A stretch of DNA of 45,214 nt from positions 1 through 45,214 of the forward strand of contig JAUQVK010000081.1 in NCBI GenBank assembly GCA_039794845.1, written 5' to 3'. The stretch is from Thermostichus sp. DRC_bins_24. Its GTDB lineage: Bacteria > Cyanobacteriota > Cyanobacteriia > Thermostichales > Thermostichaceae. The position numbers and the translations under genes are program-made. The notes beneath the pieces are model-generated. The model was not told where the DNA came from and made no database searches. It worked only from the letters and a program-made list of their open reading frames with translations. Shown here piece after piece: positions 10,483 through 20,315 of this stretch. Positions within the stretch are counted from its first letter, which is position 1; every line of letters starts with the position of its first letter.

Positions 10483-11142
10483 ATGCCTCTCACCGTCTTT
10501 TGGACAACATTGGTCGAAGGGATCGTCGCTTTTGTCGCTACGCACATCGACGACTTTTTCTTGCTGGCGTTGTTGTTTGCCCAGGCGCAGATCCAACCCA
10601 GTTGGAAACCCTGGCACATTTGGCTTGGGGGCTACATGGGCTTGGCAGGGCTGATTGTGATCAGCTCCTTGGGCTACTTGGGGGGCCTGCTGTTGCCTCC
10701 GCCCGTGATCGGGCTGCTGGGGCTGATCCCGATCGCTGTGGGCTGCTGGAGATTGTGGCGGCCAGAAGATGAAGAAGGGATTGAGAAAGAACTGGAGGAG
10801 CTCCAAGAACACCCACCCCAGAAAACCTGGATCACCTCTTTGCCCTTCTTGGCCCCACCTGTGCTGATGTCGATGATTCTCACGTTTGCCAATGGTGGAG
10901 ACAACATCAGCCTGTACGTTCCTTTGTTTGCCAGTAGTAGCCCTCTCCAGTTGGCTTTCTTCTGTCTGATTTTTTTTCTGATGAAGGGGCTGTGGTTTGC
11001 GATTGCGCAGAGGTTGGCGATGCAGCCGGCGGTGGTGAAGGTTTTAACCGAACGGGGAGAACGTTGGGTGCCCTGGATCTTAATCGGGTTAGGGGTTTGG
11101 ATCCTGTTTGAGAATGAAACTTGGCGATGGCTATTCCCCTAA
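10483..11142 (+). CDS. cadmium resistance transporter (CadD-like, LysE superfamily)
   Basis: ATHIDD and TFANGGDNISLYVPLF duplicated motifs. An alternative GTG start is at 10432. Confidence 0.8.
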   Translation: MPLTVFWTTLVEGIVAFVATHIDDFFLLALLFAQAQIQPSWKPWHIWLGGYMGLAGLIVISSLGYLGGLLLPPPVIGLLGLIPIAVGCWRLWRPEDEEGIEKELEELQEHPPQKTWITSLPFLAPPVLMSMILTFANGGDNISLYVPLFASSSPLQLAFFCLIFFLMKGLWFAIAQRLAMQPAVVKVLTERGERWVPWILIGLGVWILFENETWRWLFP

Positions 11143-11222
11143 TCCACAGCCGGGATCCCAACCCCTTCTTCAAGTCCTGCTGCCAATTGACCAGCCAACT
11201 CAACTCCTCTTTCGAGCTTGTG

Positions 11223-12716
11223 CTAAGTTTCTCCCAGCGTCGGGGATCCCACACCATCCCGCATCTCCTCTGCCCAGGGGCCTTCGTAGTATTCCGCCAC
11301 CCGCTCTTGAGGGGGACGGGTGAGCAGGCTAACCCCGATCAACACCCCACTACCCACCAACACCGCCGGGATCACCGGTAGCCAGCCGAATCTCCACTCC
11401 TGGGGCAACAGGCCTGCTAGCCAACCCAGGGTGAGAGCGCTCGATACGATTCCCCCCGCCAGCGCCCCCGCCCGACTGGTACGCTTCCAGTACAAACCGG
11501 CAATCAAGACCGGGAACAACATGGCGCTACCTTGAAAGCTCCAGGTGGCAATTTCGACGATCACTCCCGGTGGATGGAGGGCAATGGCAAAGGAGATCAA
11601 GGCGATCCCCAACACCACCATTCGCCCCAGCCGTCCCTCTTGCAGAGGGGATAGGCGCCGGTTGAAGTAGGTGAAGACGAGATCCCGGGTCACCAAGGAG
11701 CTGGTGGTGAGCAACTGGGAATCGGCCGTGGACATCAGGGCTGCCAAGGCGGCTGAGATCACCAAAGCAGCTAGCCCGGTAGGTAGAGTTTGCAACATTA
11801 GGGGCATAATCTGATCCGCCTGCTCCAAAGCGGGAAACGCCAAGTGCCCCCAGACCCCAATCAGGGTTGCCGGAAAGAAGATCAGCAAAATCAACAGTGG
11901 CCAAACCACCATCGTTGTTTTGAAGACCTGGGCACTTTTGGCCATATAAAAGCGTTGGAAAATTTGCGGAAACAGGGGCACCGCCATAAAGATCAGCAGT
12001 TGATAGCTGATTAACCCCTGCCAACTCCAGCGACCGGTTGGTCCCGGTAACCTCAGCCAGGGATCCAATTCTGCACCGGCCTCTGCCCCCCAAGAGCCGG
12101 CGATCATCACAAAGGCCACTCCCATGCCCAGGAGCATGATCAATCCTTGTAGGGTATCGGTCCAGACCACCGCCTGGGATCCCCCCAACAGCACATAGGC
12201 CAAGATCACCACCGCCATCAGTACTGCCAAGGGCCAGTAGGGGATCCCATCCCCCAGCACCGCCGAGAGAGTGCGTGCCCCCGCGATGATCTGAATACTG
12301 ATGTAGGGGGCCGTAAACAGCAGGGCACTGAGGGAGTAAAGCAAAGCCAGCACCGGACTACCGAACCGATGACCAAAAAACTCCGACGGAGTGATGAACT
12401 GAAAGTGTTTGGCCGCCAACCAAAGCCGATAGCCCAAAAGAAAAAACAACACCGAAATGAGGGCATCCGTTACTCCTACCCCCAAAAAAATGCCCAACCC
12501 GTGGGTATAGCCGTCCGCCGGGACACCGATAAAGGTAAAAGCGCTCAACAGCGTGGCCAACATTGTCAGCGTCAGCACCAGGGCTCCCAAGCCGCGCCCC
12601 GCCAAGAAATAGCTGACCGGATCCTGCCCCGTATGGCGATACCCCCAAAAGCCAATGCCCGCCAGCAGCAGCAAGTAAACCCCGACGATACCAAAACTCA
12701 AAACTGTATCAGTCAT
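11223..12716 (-). CDS. sodium:solute symporter (SSS family, PutP/PanF-like)
   Basis: YFLAGRGLG, SAFTFIGVP, GGSQAVVWTD and AALMSTADSQ motifs with about 13 TMs. Confidence 0.9.
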   Translation of the reverse strand: MTDTVLSFGIVGVYLLLLAGIGFWGYRHTGQDPVSYFLAGRGLGALVLTLTMLATLLSAFTFIGVPADGYTHGLGIFLGVGVTDALISVLFFLLGYRLWLAAKHFQFITPSEFFGHRFGSPVLALLYSLSALLFTAPYISIQIIAGARTLSAVLGDGIPYWPLAVLMAVVILAYVLLGGSQAVVWTDTLQGLIMLLGMGVAFVMIAGSWGAEAGAELDPWLRLPGPTGRWSWQGLISYQLLIFMAVPLFPQIFQRFYMAKSAQVFKTTMVVWPLLILLIFFPATLIGVWGHLAFPALEQADQIMPLMLQTLPTGLAALVISAALAALMSTADSQLLTTSSLVTRDLVFTYFNRRLSPLQEGRLGRMVVLGIALISFAIALHPPGVIVEIATWSFQGSAMLFPVLIAGLYWKRTSRAGALAGGIVSSALTLGWLAGLLPQEWRFGWLPVIPAVLVGSGVLIGVSLLTRPPQERVAEYYEGPWAEEMRDGVGSPTLGET

Positions 12717-12966
12717 CTCCGTTCCTCGGCCAACAGGCCCCCACTACGTACAGATTCAAGGGCACCAACAACAGGATGATCAGCCCCGCCCCCAGGTACC
12801 AAGCCGGGATCCCGAACAGTTGCGGCTCTGAGGAGCGAGTGCCCACAAATGTCAGCAGCCACAGCAGCGGATAGAGCCACAAAATCCAAGCCTGCCGCAC
12901 CCGCCCAAACCTTGAGCGGACCGAACCATTCCTGCCACCTGATGAAGAGGGATCCAACCCAGACAT
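12709..12966 (-). CDS. small membrane partner protein of the SSS transporter (DUF3311/DUF997-like)
   Basis: Two TMs with EPQLFGIPAWY. Its stop overlaps the symporter start (ATGACTGA), implying translational coupling. Confidence 0.7.
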   Translation of the reverse strand: MSGLDPSSSGGRNGSVRSRFGRVRQAWILWLYPLLWLLTFVGTRSSEPQLFGIPAWYLGAGLIILLLVPLNLYVVGACWPRNGDD

Positions 12967-13062
12967 TGCTCTGCCCCAATTATGGTAGTTTTCACTATAA
13001 CAGGATTATGGTGTTTTTTACCAAAATCAAGTTCCATTTTCAGGGGGCGCTATTGCGGGTTA

Positions 13063-13259
13063 CAGCCTTTGCGCGGGTTTTCCACAGCAGGACTTATGCT
13101 TCCCGTTCCCGCTACGCAGGGTGTGGAGCCCCATCCGGCCAGAAGGGAACGTCACGGCTTCTGGAGTTGTAGGTAGGAAGGGGGACGGGACGCCATGCTC
13201 TGGTGTTGGGAAGGCCCGACCCCCCAAAGGGATCCCAGTTCTCAATGGGAGGCTCGCTA
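13063..13259 (-). mobile_element. MITE-like element, diverged relative of 38261-38440
   Basis: TA-CAGCCTTT at 13061 and GCTA-TA at 13256-13261. About 110 bp of its reverse complement aligns with 38333-38440. The right boundary is less certain. Confidence 0.55.
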
Positions 13260-13307
13260 TAGTGGATCCAAACAAGGTTGTCCAATGTTGTCGGGATCCC
13301 TGCTGCC

Positions 13308-14042
13308 ATGACCCGTCTGGATGAACATCCCCCGGTTTTGAAAGAGGAAAACCCAAAGGAGATCGATAACGGGATCTGGCTGCCCCCCAGCGATTTATAC
13401 AGTGATGAGCCGCCCTTGGAATCCGATCTTCACCGCCAACAAATAGATTTGCTGATTCGGATATTGCAGTATTGGTGGCGTGACCGCCAGGACTTTTACA
13501 TTTCCGGCAACCTGACCGTCTATTACAATACCCAGCAATTGAAAACGCGGGATTTTCTTGGGCCGGATGTGTTTGTGGTGTTGGGAACCGAAAAGAAAGA
13601 TCGGCGCAGTTGGGCCATTTGGGATGAGGGGGGCAAATATCCCGATGTGGTGATCGAGTTGCTCTCCCCTAGTACGGCCAGAGTCGACAAAGGCGCCAAG
13701 AAAACGCTCTATCAAGATATTTGGCGGCTGCCGGAGTATTTTTGGTTTGATCCCTATACTTTAGAGCTGGCCGGATTTCGCCGCATCAACGGTCGATATC
13801 AGGAGATTGCGGCAACGGAGGCAGGGCGACTGCCCAGTCAAGTGCTGGGCCTACAACTGGGGATCCACGAGGGGAAACTGCGCTGGTTCACGGCGGAGGG
13901 AGGGTTGATCCCGTTGCCGGAAGAGGCAGAACGCCAGCGGGCAGAGCAAGAACGCCAGCGGGCAGAGCAACTGCAGCAGGAACTGGAGCAACTCAAGGCC
14001 GTGATGCGCTCTCAAGGACTGGATCCCGACTCAGTGGGCTAA
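13308..14042 (+). CDS. Uma2 family (DUF820) putative endonuclease
   Basis: [30 protein letters not shown] and EYFWFDP motifs, with C-terminal ERQRAEQ repeats (21-bp tandem at 13929-13970). Confidence 0.9.
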   Translation: MTRLDEHPPVLKEENPKEIDNGIWLPPSDLYSDEPPLESDLHRQQIDLLIRILQYWWRDRQDFYISGNLTVYYNTQQLKTRDFLGPDVFVVLGTEKKDRRSWAIWDEGGKYPDVVIELLSPSTARVDKGAKKTLYQDIWRLPEYFWFDPYTLELAGFRRINGRYQEIAATEAGRLPSQVLGLQLGIHEGKLRWFTAEGGLIPLPEEAERQRAEQERQRAEQLQQELEQLKAVMRSQGLDPDSVG

Positions 14043-15466
14043 CCGGCCAAGATCGCCTGGGCCGCCAAATGCCCTGAAATCGTTGCCCCTTCCATGCTGT
14101 CAATATAGTCTTGGGCGGTGTAGCTACCGGCAAAAAAGAAGTTGGGCACCGGGGTTTTTTGTTGGGGGCGGTAGGGATCCATGCCCGGAGCTTCTCGATA
14201 GAGGGATTGGGCCAGTTTCACCACGCTGTACCAGGTCATGTTCAGTTCCCGGGAAGAGGGGAATAGCTCGTGCACTTGGTGCAACACGTGCTGGGCAATC
14301 TTTTCGTTGGACATGGGAATGAACGGATCCCCCGGGGTAAGCACACATTGCAACAGGGATCCCTGACCGGGTTTGTAATAGTCGGCGGGGCTGCTGAGGG
14401 CCAAGTCGGCGAAGCAGGAAAAATCGGCATCGGCTGTGTAAAGGAGGTTATCGAGGCCAACAGCTTCGGGGTGTTCGCTGGCCCGTTTCGCTTGGCCTTG
14501 AGGGTTCAGCTCGGTGACCCAGCCATCAAAGCGCAACTGCACCGTCGCTACCGGCACCGATTCCAGCTTGTAGAGGTTATCGAACTGGGGCCATTGCCGC
14601 CATACCTCGGGGATCAACCGTTTCGCCCCTTCCACCGCCGCTGCACATACATACACATCCGCCTCGATCTTTTCGCCATCCGCCAATACCAAGCTCGTCA
14701 CCGGGTAGGGATCCGTCTCCTTCACCTGAATTTGACTTACCCCTTTGCGGGTGTGGATCCGGCCTCCACGGGCTTGGATGTAGTTGACAATCGGCTGGGT
14801 GAGGTATTTGTCGGGGGATCCCTTAAGGAGATTCAGTTTGGATGCCTCAGTTTTGCTGGCAAACATCTGGAAAATGGTCAGCATACAGCGGGCCGAGATG
14901 GCTTCCGTATCAATAAAACCCAGAGCATAGGCAATCGGGTTCCACATCCGTTTGAGGCTGCCCTCAGATCCGCCATGCCTGCGAAACCAATCGGCAAAGC
15001 TGATCCGATCCAAGGCCCGAATTTGCCGCATCGCCCCTTCGTCATCCACCAAACCCCGAATCAAGGGGCTGGTGCCCAAGGCCAAGCCATTGCGCAATTT
15101 ATCAAGCCAAGACAGTTGCCCGGTGGTGAAGAAGGCCTTGAGACCGTTGAAGGGGGCCCCCAGCGGAAAGCGAAAATCCAGTGAGCCCGTCTGCCCACCC
15201 CGGTTGATAAAGGTGTGGACATGCTGCTTAGGCAACAGGTTCTCAAAGGATCCCACCTTTTTCATCAGGGCAAACAGGTTGCTGTAGTTGCAGAAAAAAA
15301 CATGCAGGCCCATTTCGATGTGGTTACCATCGGCATCTTGCCAGGATCCCACCTTGCCGCCCACAAAGGGCCGCGACTCGTAGATCTGCACCTCGTGCCC
15401 CGCTTCCACCAGATCCACCGCCGTCACCAATCCGGCCAAGCCCGCCCCAATAATTGCCACCCGCAT
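14039..15466 (-). CDS. crtQ: 9,9'-di-cis-zeta-carotene desaturase
   Basis: [15 protein letters not shown] motif, [31 protein letters not shown] and [11 protein letters not shown]. Confidence 0.93.
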   Translation of the reverse strand: MRVAIIGAGLAGLVTAVDLVEAGHEVQIYESRPFVGGKVGSWQDADGNHIEMGLHVFFCNYSNLFALMKKVGSFENLLPKQHVHTFINRGGQTGSLDFRFPLGAPFNGLKAFFTTGQLSWLDKLRNGLALGTSPLIRGLVDDEGAMRQIRALDRISFADWFRRHGGSEGSLKRMWNPIAYALGFIDTEAISARCMLTIFQMFASKTEASKLNLLKGSPDKYLTQPIVNYIQARGGRIHTRKGVSQIQVKETDPYPVTSLVLADGEKIEADVYVCAAAVEGAKRLIPEVWRQWPQFDNLYKLESVPVATVQLRFDGWVTELNPQGQAKRASEHPEAVGLDNLLYTADADFSCFADLALSSPADYYKPGQGSLLQCVLTPGDPFIPMSNEKIAQHVLHQVHELFPSSRELNMTWYSVVKLAQSLYREAPGMDPYRPQQKTPVPNFFFAGSYTAQDYIDSMEGATISGHLAAQAILAG

Positions 15467-15608
15467 ACCAATGCCCTCAAATCAGTCCTGCCTGGGATCC
15501 CGCACCCCAGATCCTGTTGCTCCGCAACGCTGACGCGATTGCGAAGAAAGATGAACTTCTCTCATTCTGGAACAAAATGCGCCGGGGATCCCGCTCTCGA
15601 CCTGTTGC

Positions 15609-15638
15609 TTGACAAACACCCTTAAAGCTTGTCATCAT
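15609..15638 (+). promoter_or_regulatory. sigma70-type promoter of tRNA-Gly
   Basis: TTGACA (15609-14), 18-bp spacer, TGn-CATCAT (15633-38), 12 bp before the tRNA. Confidence 0.55.
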
Positions 15639-15650
15639 GGTCTTCCCAGT

Positions 15651-15722
15651 GCGGATGTAGCTCAGTGGTAGAGCTTCTCGTTGCCAACGAGACGGTCGCG
15701 CGTTCGAATCGCGTCATCCGCT
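15651..15722 (+). tRNA. trnG: tRNA-Gly (GCC)
   Basis: Cloverleaf GCGGATG/CATCCGC, anticodon arm CTCGT-TGCCA-ACGAG and GTTCGAATC T-loop. CCA is not encoded. Confidence 0.97.
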
Positions 15723-15800
15723 TGTTTTTCGCTACCCTACTTTTGGGGAGTGCTCTTGTTATCTTCAGGATCCCTTCCCTATACCCAGGGAGCCCGAAGG

Positions 15801-16769
15801 CTACAGTTTCAGGGCTGCCCGTGGGTCGTAAGATTGAACCTGCTGGAGTTTCTCGTAGAGCTCTCGCTCTTGTTCCGAGACCTGGCTGGGCAGATGGATT
15901 TGCACCACCACGTAAAAGTCCCCGCGTTCGCCTTTGCCCTTGGGAAAGCCTTTGTCGGCTAGGCGCAACTTACGCCCCGGTTGAATGCCCGCCGGGATCC
16001 GCAGCTTAACCACGCCATCAAGGGTAGGCACTTCCACTTGCGCTCCCAAGACAGCTTCGCTGGGACTGATGGGCAGATCGCAGTACACGTCGGATCCCTC
16101 TAAGCGGTAGAAGGGATGATCTTTGAGTTCGATCTTGAGGTACAGATCGCCGGCACCGCCGTTGGGGTTGGGATGCCCTTGGCCCCGCAGTCGAATCCGC
16201 TTGCCGGGGGTAATCCCCGCCGGGAGATTGACTTCTAGGGTACGATCCCCACCTACGCGTAAGCGGCGTTTGCCCCCTTCGTAGGCTTCTGGGATCGTGA
16301 TCTGAATGGTGGCTTCGGCATCGTAGCTGGTGTTGCTTGCGGATCCAGAAAAACCGCTGCTGCGGCCTGCAGATTGGCTTTGCACACGACCCAGCAGCTG
16401 ATCGATGAAATCTTGAAAGTCGTCGAATTGGCTGAAATCAACGCCGCTACCAAACCCGCCAACGCCAAAATCTTCAGAGCCGAAAGGACTGCCGCCAAAG
16501 GGGCCACCTGTGTAGGTATCGCGGCTGGAGCGGAACCCCCCCTGCTGATAATATTGGCTGAATTGGTCGTATTGCTTGCGCTTGTTAGGGTCGGAGAGAA
16601 CTTCGTAGGCTTCGTTGATGTCTTTAAACTTTTCCTCAGCGGTTTTGTCGTTGGGGTTAACATCTGGGTGATACTTGCGGGCTAGACGCCGAAAAGCTTG
16701 CTTCACCTCGTCAGCTGAGGCCGTTTTGCTGACCCCCAAAATCTTGTAGTAGTCCTTGAAGTTTTGCAT
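15801..16769 (-). CDS. dnaJ: type II J-domain co-chaperone (DnaJ/CbpA-like, no zinc finger)
   Basis: [13 protein letters not shown] start, HPD motif, G/F-rich region and DnaJ C-terminal domain. Confidence 0.92.
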   Translation of the reverse strand: MQNFKDYYKILGVSKTASADEVKQAFRRLARKYHPDVNPNDKTAEEKFKDINEAYEVLSDPNKRKQYDQFSQYYQQGGFRSSRDTYTGGPFGGSPFGSEDFGVGGFGSGVDFSQFDDFQDFIDQLLGRVQSQSAGRSSGFSGSASNTSYDAEATIQITIPEAYEGGKRRLRVGGDRTLEVNLPAGITPGKRIRLRGQGHPNPNGGAGDLYLKIELKDHPFYRLEGSDVYCDLPISPSEAVLGAQVEVPTLDGVVKLRIPAGIQPGRKLRLADKGFPKGKGERGDFYVVVQIHLPSQVSEQERELYEKLQQVQSYDPRAALKL

Positions 16770-16992
16770 GGAGGTTTTCGCAGGTTGGTCGGCTGAGGAT
16801 AAGCAAGGGGGTATAGGGCTGAGAGCTTGAGCACAGAAGCCTCCCTCTATCAACCCGCTTGTGATGTGAACACTGGTGTGAACACTGCGGGGGCGAGCTA
16901 CACCCCATCGCCCCTCTCGTCTTCTTCCATTATCTAATGCACCCGCTAGGAGTGGGATCCAACCCGGCATGGGTGGATCCCTGAGGGTCTAC

Positions 16993-18888
16993 TTACTTGG
17001 TCTCGGTGAAGTCGGCGTCGATGACATCGTCGCTCCCTCCGGGACTGGCGGCATGGCCAAAATCACTGCCTCCAGGGCTGGCACCCGGCTGCTGGTACAG
17101 CTCGCTGCTCATGGCGTAGAGGGCCTCCTGCAGGGCCGCTTCCTTGGTCTGGATGGCGCTGTCGTCCTCCCGCTGAATGGCATCGCGCAAGTCCCGAATC
17201 AGGGTTTCGAGATTGGTGCGCTTGTCGGTAGGAATTTTGTCCCCCAGCTCTTTTAACTGCCGTTCCGCTTGGTAAGCCAGAGAGTCGGCCTTGTTGCGTC
17301 GCTCGATTTTCTCTCGCCGCTGGCGGTCTTCTGCGGCAAATTTCTCCGCTTCGGAGACCATGCGCTCCACTTCTTTGCTGTCCAAGGTAGAGGCTCCAGT
17401 GATGGAGATGCTCTGCTCCTTACCGCTGCCCTTATCTTTGGCGGTAACTTTCAGAATGCCGTTGGCGTCGATGTCGAAGGTGACCTCGATCTGCGGCACC
17501 CCCCGAGGGGCGGGTGGGATCCCATCCAGCTTGAAACGGCCCAAGGATTTGTTGTCGCGGGCCATCTCCCGTTCCCCTTGCACCACATGGATTTCCACGG
17601 AGGTTTGCCCATCCTCGGCCGTGGAGAAGGTTTCCGACTTGCGGGTGGGTACGGTGGTATTGCGGGGGATCAGCTTGGTGGCCACACCGCCCAGGGTCTC
17701 TACCCCCAGTGACAAGGGGGTGACGTCCAGCAGCAGCACATCCTTGACTTCCCCGGCCAGCACCCCAGCTTGGATGGCAGCACCCACGGCCACCACTTCG
17801 TCGGGGTTGACGCTTTCGTTAGGCTCTTTGCCCAGCAGATCTCTGACCAACTGCTTCACCGCCGGGATCCGCGTAGAGCCGCCCACCAGCACCACTTCAT
17901 TGATGTCTGACTTGGTTAGCTTGGCATCCCGCAGGGCTTGCTCCACCGGGCCTTTACAACGCTCGAACAGGTCGGCGCAGATGTTTTCGAATTGGGCTCG
18001 GGAGAGCTTCAGCTCCAGGTGCTTCGGCCCGTCGGCGGTAGCAGTGATGAAGGGCAGATTGATGGTAGTCTCAGAAACACTGGAAAGCTCGATCTTGGCT
18101 TTTTCGGCGGCTTCTGTCAGGCGTTGCAGGGCTTGACGGTCGTTGCGCAGGTCAATCCCTTCCATTTGCTTGAATTGGTCGGCCATCCAATCCACGATCT
18201 TCTTGTCGAAGTCGTCACCCCCCAGCTGGGTATCGCCACTGGTGGACTTCACCTCGAAGACCCCATCTCCCACCTCCAGCACTGACACATCGAAGGTGCC
18301 ACCGCCCAAGTCGAAAACGAGGATGGTCTCGTTGTTGCGCTTGTCTAGTCCGTAGGCCAAAGAAGCAGCCGTCGGCTCGTTGATAATGCGCAGCACTTCC
18401 AACCCGGCAATTTTCCCGGCATCTTTGGTGGCCTGCCGCTGGGAATCATTGAAATAAGCCGGTACGGTGATCACCGCTTGGGTGACGGTTTGGCCCAGGT
18501 AGCGGCTGGCATCATCCACCAGCTTGCGCAGCACCATGGCCGAGATCTCTTCCGGGGCAAATTCTTTGTTGAGGCGGGGGGCAGACACTTTAACATTGCC
18601 CCGCTCATCCCGCAACACGCGATAGGCCACGCGCTTGGATTCGGGACTCAGCTCATCGTACTTGCGCCCAATGAATCGCTTAACCGAGTAAAAGGTGTTT
18701 TCCGGGTTGAGCACCGCTTGCCGACGAGCCATTTGGCCCACCAGCCGCTCCCCATCTTTGGTGAAGGCGACCACCGAGGGTGTGGTACGGGTGCCCTCAG
18801 CATTGGCAATTACGGTGGGAACACCGCCTTCCATCACAGCGACAACCGAGTTGGTTGTGCCCAAGTCAATTCCTACGACTTTTCCCAT
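16993..18888 (-). CDS. dnaK: molecular chaperone DnaK (Hsp70)
   Basis: [27 protein letters not shown] and GGSTRIP motifs, with C-terminal DDVIDADF. Confidence 0.98.
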   Translation of the reverse strand: MGKVVGIDLGTTNSVVAVMEGGVPTVIANAEGTRTTPSVVAFTKDGERLVGQMARRQAVLNPENTFYSVKRFIGRKYDELSPESKRVAYRVLRDERGNVKVSAPRLNKEFAPEEISAMVLRKLVDDASRYLGQTVTQAVITVPAYFNDSQRQATKDAGKIAGLEVLRIINEPTAASLAYGLDKRNNETILVFDLGGGTFDVSVLEVGDGVFEVKSTSGDTQLGGDDFDKKIVDWMADQFKQMEGIDLRNDRQALQRLTEAAEKAKIELSSVSETTINLPFITATADGPKHLELKLSRAQFENICADLFERCKGPVEQALRDAKLTKSDINEVVLVGGSTRIPAVKQLVRDLLGKEPNESVNPDEVVAVGAAIQAGVLAGEVKDVLLLDVTPLSLGVETLGGVATKLIPRNTTVPTRKSETFSTAEDGQTSVEIHVVQGEREMARDNKSLGRFKLDGIPPAPRGVPQIEVTFDIDANGILKVTAKDKGSGKEQSISITGASTLDSKEVERMVSEAEKFAAEDRQRREKIERRNKADSLAYQAERQLKELGDKIPTDKRTNLETLIRDLRDAIQREDDSAIQTKEAALQEALYAMSSELYQQPGASPGGSDFGHAASPGGSDDVIDADFTETK

Positions 18889-19084
18889 CGGCTCCTCGTT
18901 CTCCTCATCAATGTGTCTCTTAATGCGTCGCTCCGGTTACCGCCGCCAGCCCATCCGCTGTGTGAAGTAGCTTGGGCAGTTAATCCATGAATGTTTAACC
19001 GTTTTCTGGGTTGATCCTAGCCAGCCAGGGATCCCATTCAGGGTGAGAATGCCGCCCATTTCCGGCCTGTTGGTTTCGCAGCAG

Positions 19085-19100
19085 TTACGGATCTCCGTAC
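19085..19100. promoter_or_regulatory. K-box / Rre1-site-like palindrome upstream of dnaK
   Basis: Minus strand reads GTACGG-AGAT-CCGTAA, resembling the K-box GTTCGG-NNAN-CCNNAC. It lies about 200 bp upstream of the dnaK ATG. Confidence 0.5.
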
Positions 19101-19152
19101 CTGTGCAAGAGGGCCAGGGATCCCAATCTTTACGAATGCTTTCTGGGAAGAC

Positions 19153-20241
19153 TTATCCCTGAATCTGCTGCAGGGCCGCCAGCCCCCGCTTCACCACCGA
19201 CTCAGCCAGAGGCAGGTAGCCCAACTCTTCCGCCAGCGCTTGCCCCTCGGTGAGACCCCAGCTCAGCACCGCTCGCAGGGCTTCCGCCATGGCGGGATCC
19301 GGGTACTGACGATAGGCCAAAATCCAGGTGTAGGTGACGATGGGGTAAGCCTCTGCCCCCACGGGATCCGGAATAAAGGCCCGTAGGTTTTCCGGCAGTT
19401 CTACTTCCTGGAGGGCCAGGGCCGAAGACTCAGGGGTGGGCAGAACGAATTGGCCACTTTGGTTCTCCAGGGCTGCCACCGACAGATCCAGATCCCGGGC
19501 ATACACCGACTCCACGTAGCCGATCACCCCTTCGCTGAGGAGCATTTGGGCGCTCATGCCCTCGTTGCCCTTTACCCCAATGCCCACTGGCCATTCCAAA
19601 GACATGCCCACCCCAATTTCCGAGCCCCAGGTGGGATCGATGGCGGCCAGATGGCGGGTAAAGGTATCGGTAGTGCCGCTGCCGTCCGAGCGATGACACA
19701 CCTCGATCGGCAAATCGGGAATCTCTCGGTCGGGGTTGAGGGCGACAATTTGCGGATCCCGCCAGGCATCGATTCGTCCGCGAAAGATATCCACCAACAC
19801 CGAGCGGGAGAGCTTCAGCCCAGAGGGGATCCCGGGCAGGTTGTAGCCCACAGCAATGCTGCCCGCCGTCATCGGGATCATCACCACCCCCCGCGCCACT
19901 TCTGCGATTTCAGCGTCAGTCATGGCCACGTCGCTGGCGGCAAAATCCACGGTGGTATCAATAAACTGGCGGATCCCGGCGGCACTGCCCACCGGCTGGT
20001 AATTCACCTCCAGTTGCGGATCCACCTGGCGATAGTCGGAAAACCAGCGTAGGTAAAGGGGAGCGGGGAAGGTGGCCCCGGCCCCGTTGATCAACAAAAA
20101 GTCGCGGCTGGAGCGCACAACGGGATCCCCGCCGCCGGATGGGTCAGAACGGGATCCCCTCTGACAGGCACCTAGGCTGGCAGTCGCAGCCAGCAGGGAC
20201 AGAACCACTTCACGGCGACGGAAACGGGGCAGCTTGGCCAT
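19153..20241 (-). CDS. pstS: phosphate ABC transporter substrate-binding protein PstS (lipoprotein)
   Basis: GAGATFPAPLY, GSAAG, DFAASD, HRSDGSGTT, KGNEG and YPIVTYTWI motifs, with RRR and an LGAC lipobox. ATG 20241 has an RBS. Confidence 0.93.
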   Translation of the reverse strand: MAKLPRFRRREVVLSLLAATASLGACQRGSRSDPSGGGDPVVRSSRDFLLINGAGATFPAPLYLRWFSDYRQVDPQLEVNYQPVGSAAGIRQFIDTTVDFAASDVAMTDAEIAEVARGVVMIPMTAGSIAVGYNLPGIPSGLKLSRSVLVDIFRGRIDAWRDPQIVALNPDREIPDLPIEVCHRSDGSGTTDTFTRHLAAIDPTWGSEIGVGMSLEWPVGIGVKGNEGMSAQMLLSEGVIGYVESVYARDLDLSVAALENQSGQFVLPTPESSALALQEVELPENLRAFIPDPVGAEAYPIVTYTWILAYRQYPDPAMAEALRAVLSWGLTEGQALAEELGYLPLAESVVKRGLAALQQIQG

Positions 20242-20315
20242 CAGTCGATCTCCGGTGTCACCGCCCCGATCCTTGTCTTGGGCCCCTGTTAATGTCAAGC
20301 AGCTTTACCTAGCCT

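Noticed and set aside
13040..13260. Possible riboswitch upstream of the symporter operon
   Set aside because: No TPP, cobalamin, SAM or glycine consensus was found. It is better explained as the MITE-like element, and it lies upstream of the AT-rich promoter region.
13929..13970. 21-bp direct repeat as a CRISPR-like array
   Set aside because: Two adjacent copies without spacers encode the usual Uma2 ERQRAEQ coiled coil. No CRISPR array or cas gene was seen in the window.
14270..15184. Long antisense ORFs (here and opposite dnaK, gltB and the histidine phosphatase)
   Set aside because: They are shadows of GC-rich real genes with no recognisable motifs.
15651..15722. tRNA as an integration site for an island
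   Set aside because: No integrase or duplicated tRNA 3' end was seen near any of the three tRNAs.
16770..16970. N-terminal extension of the 389-aa DnaJ ORF
   Set aside because: The J-domain begins at MQNFKDYY (16769), and the extension looks non-coding.
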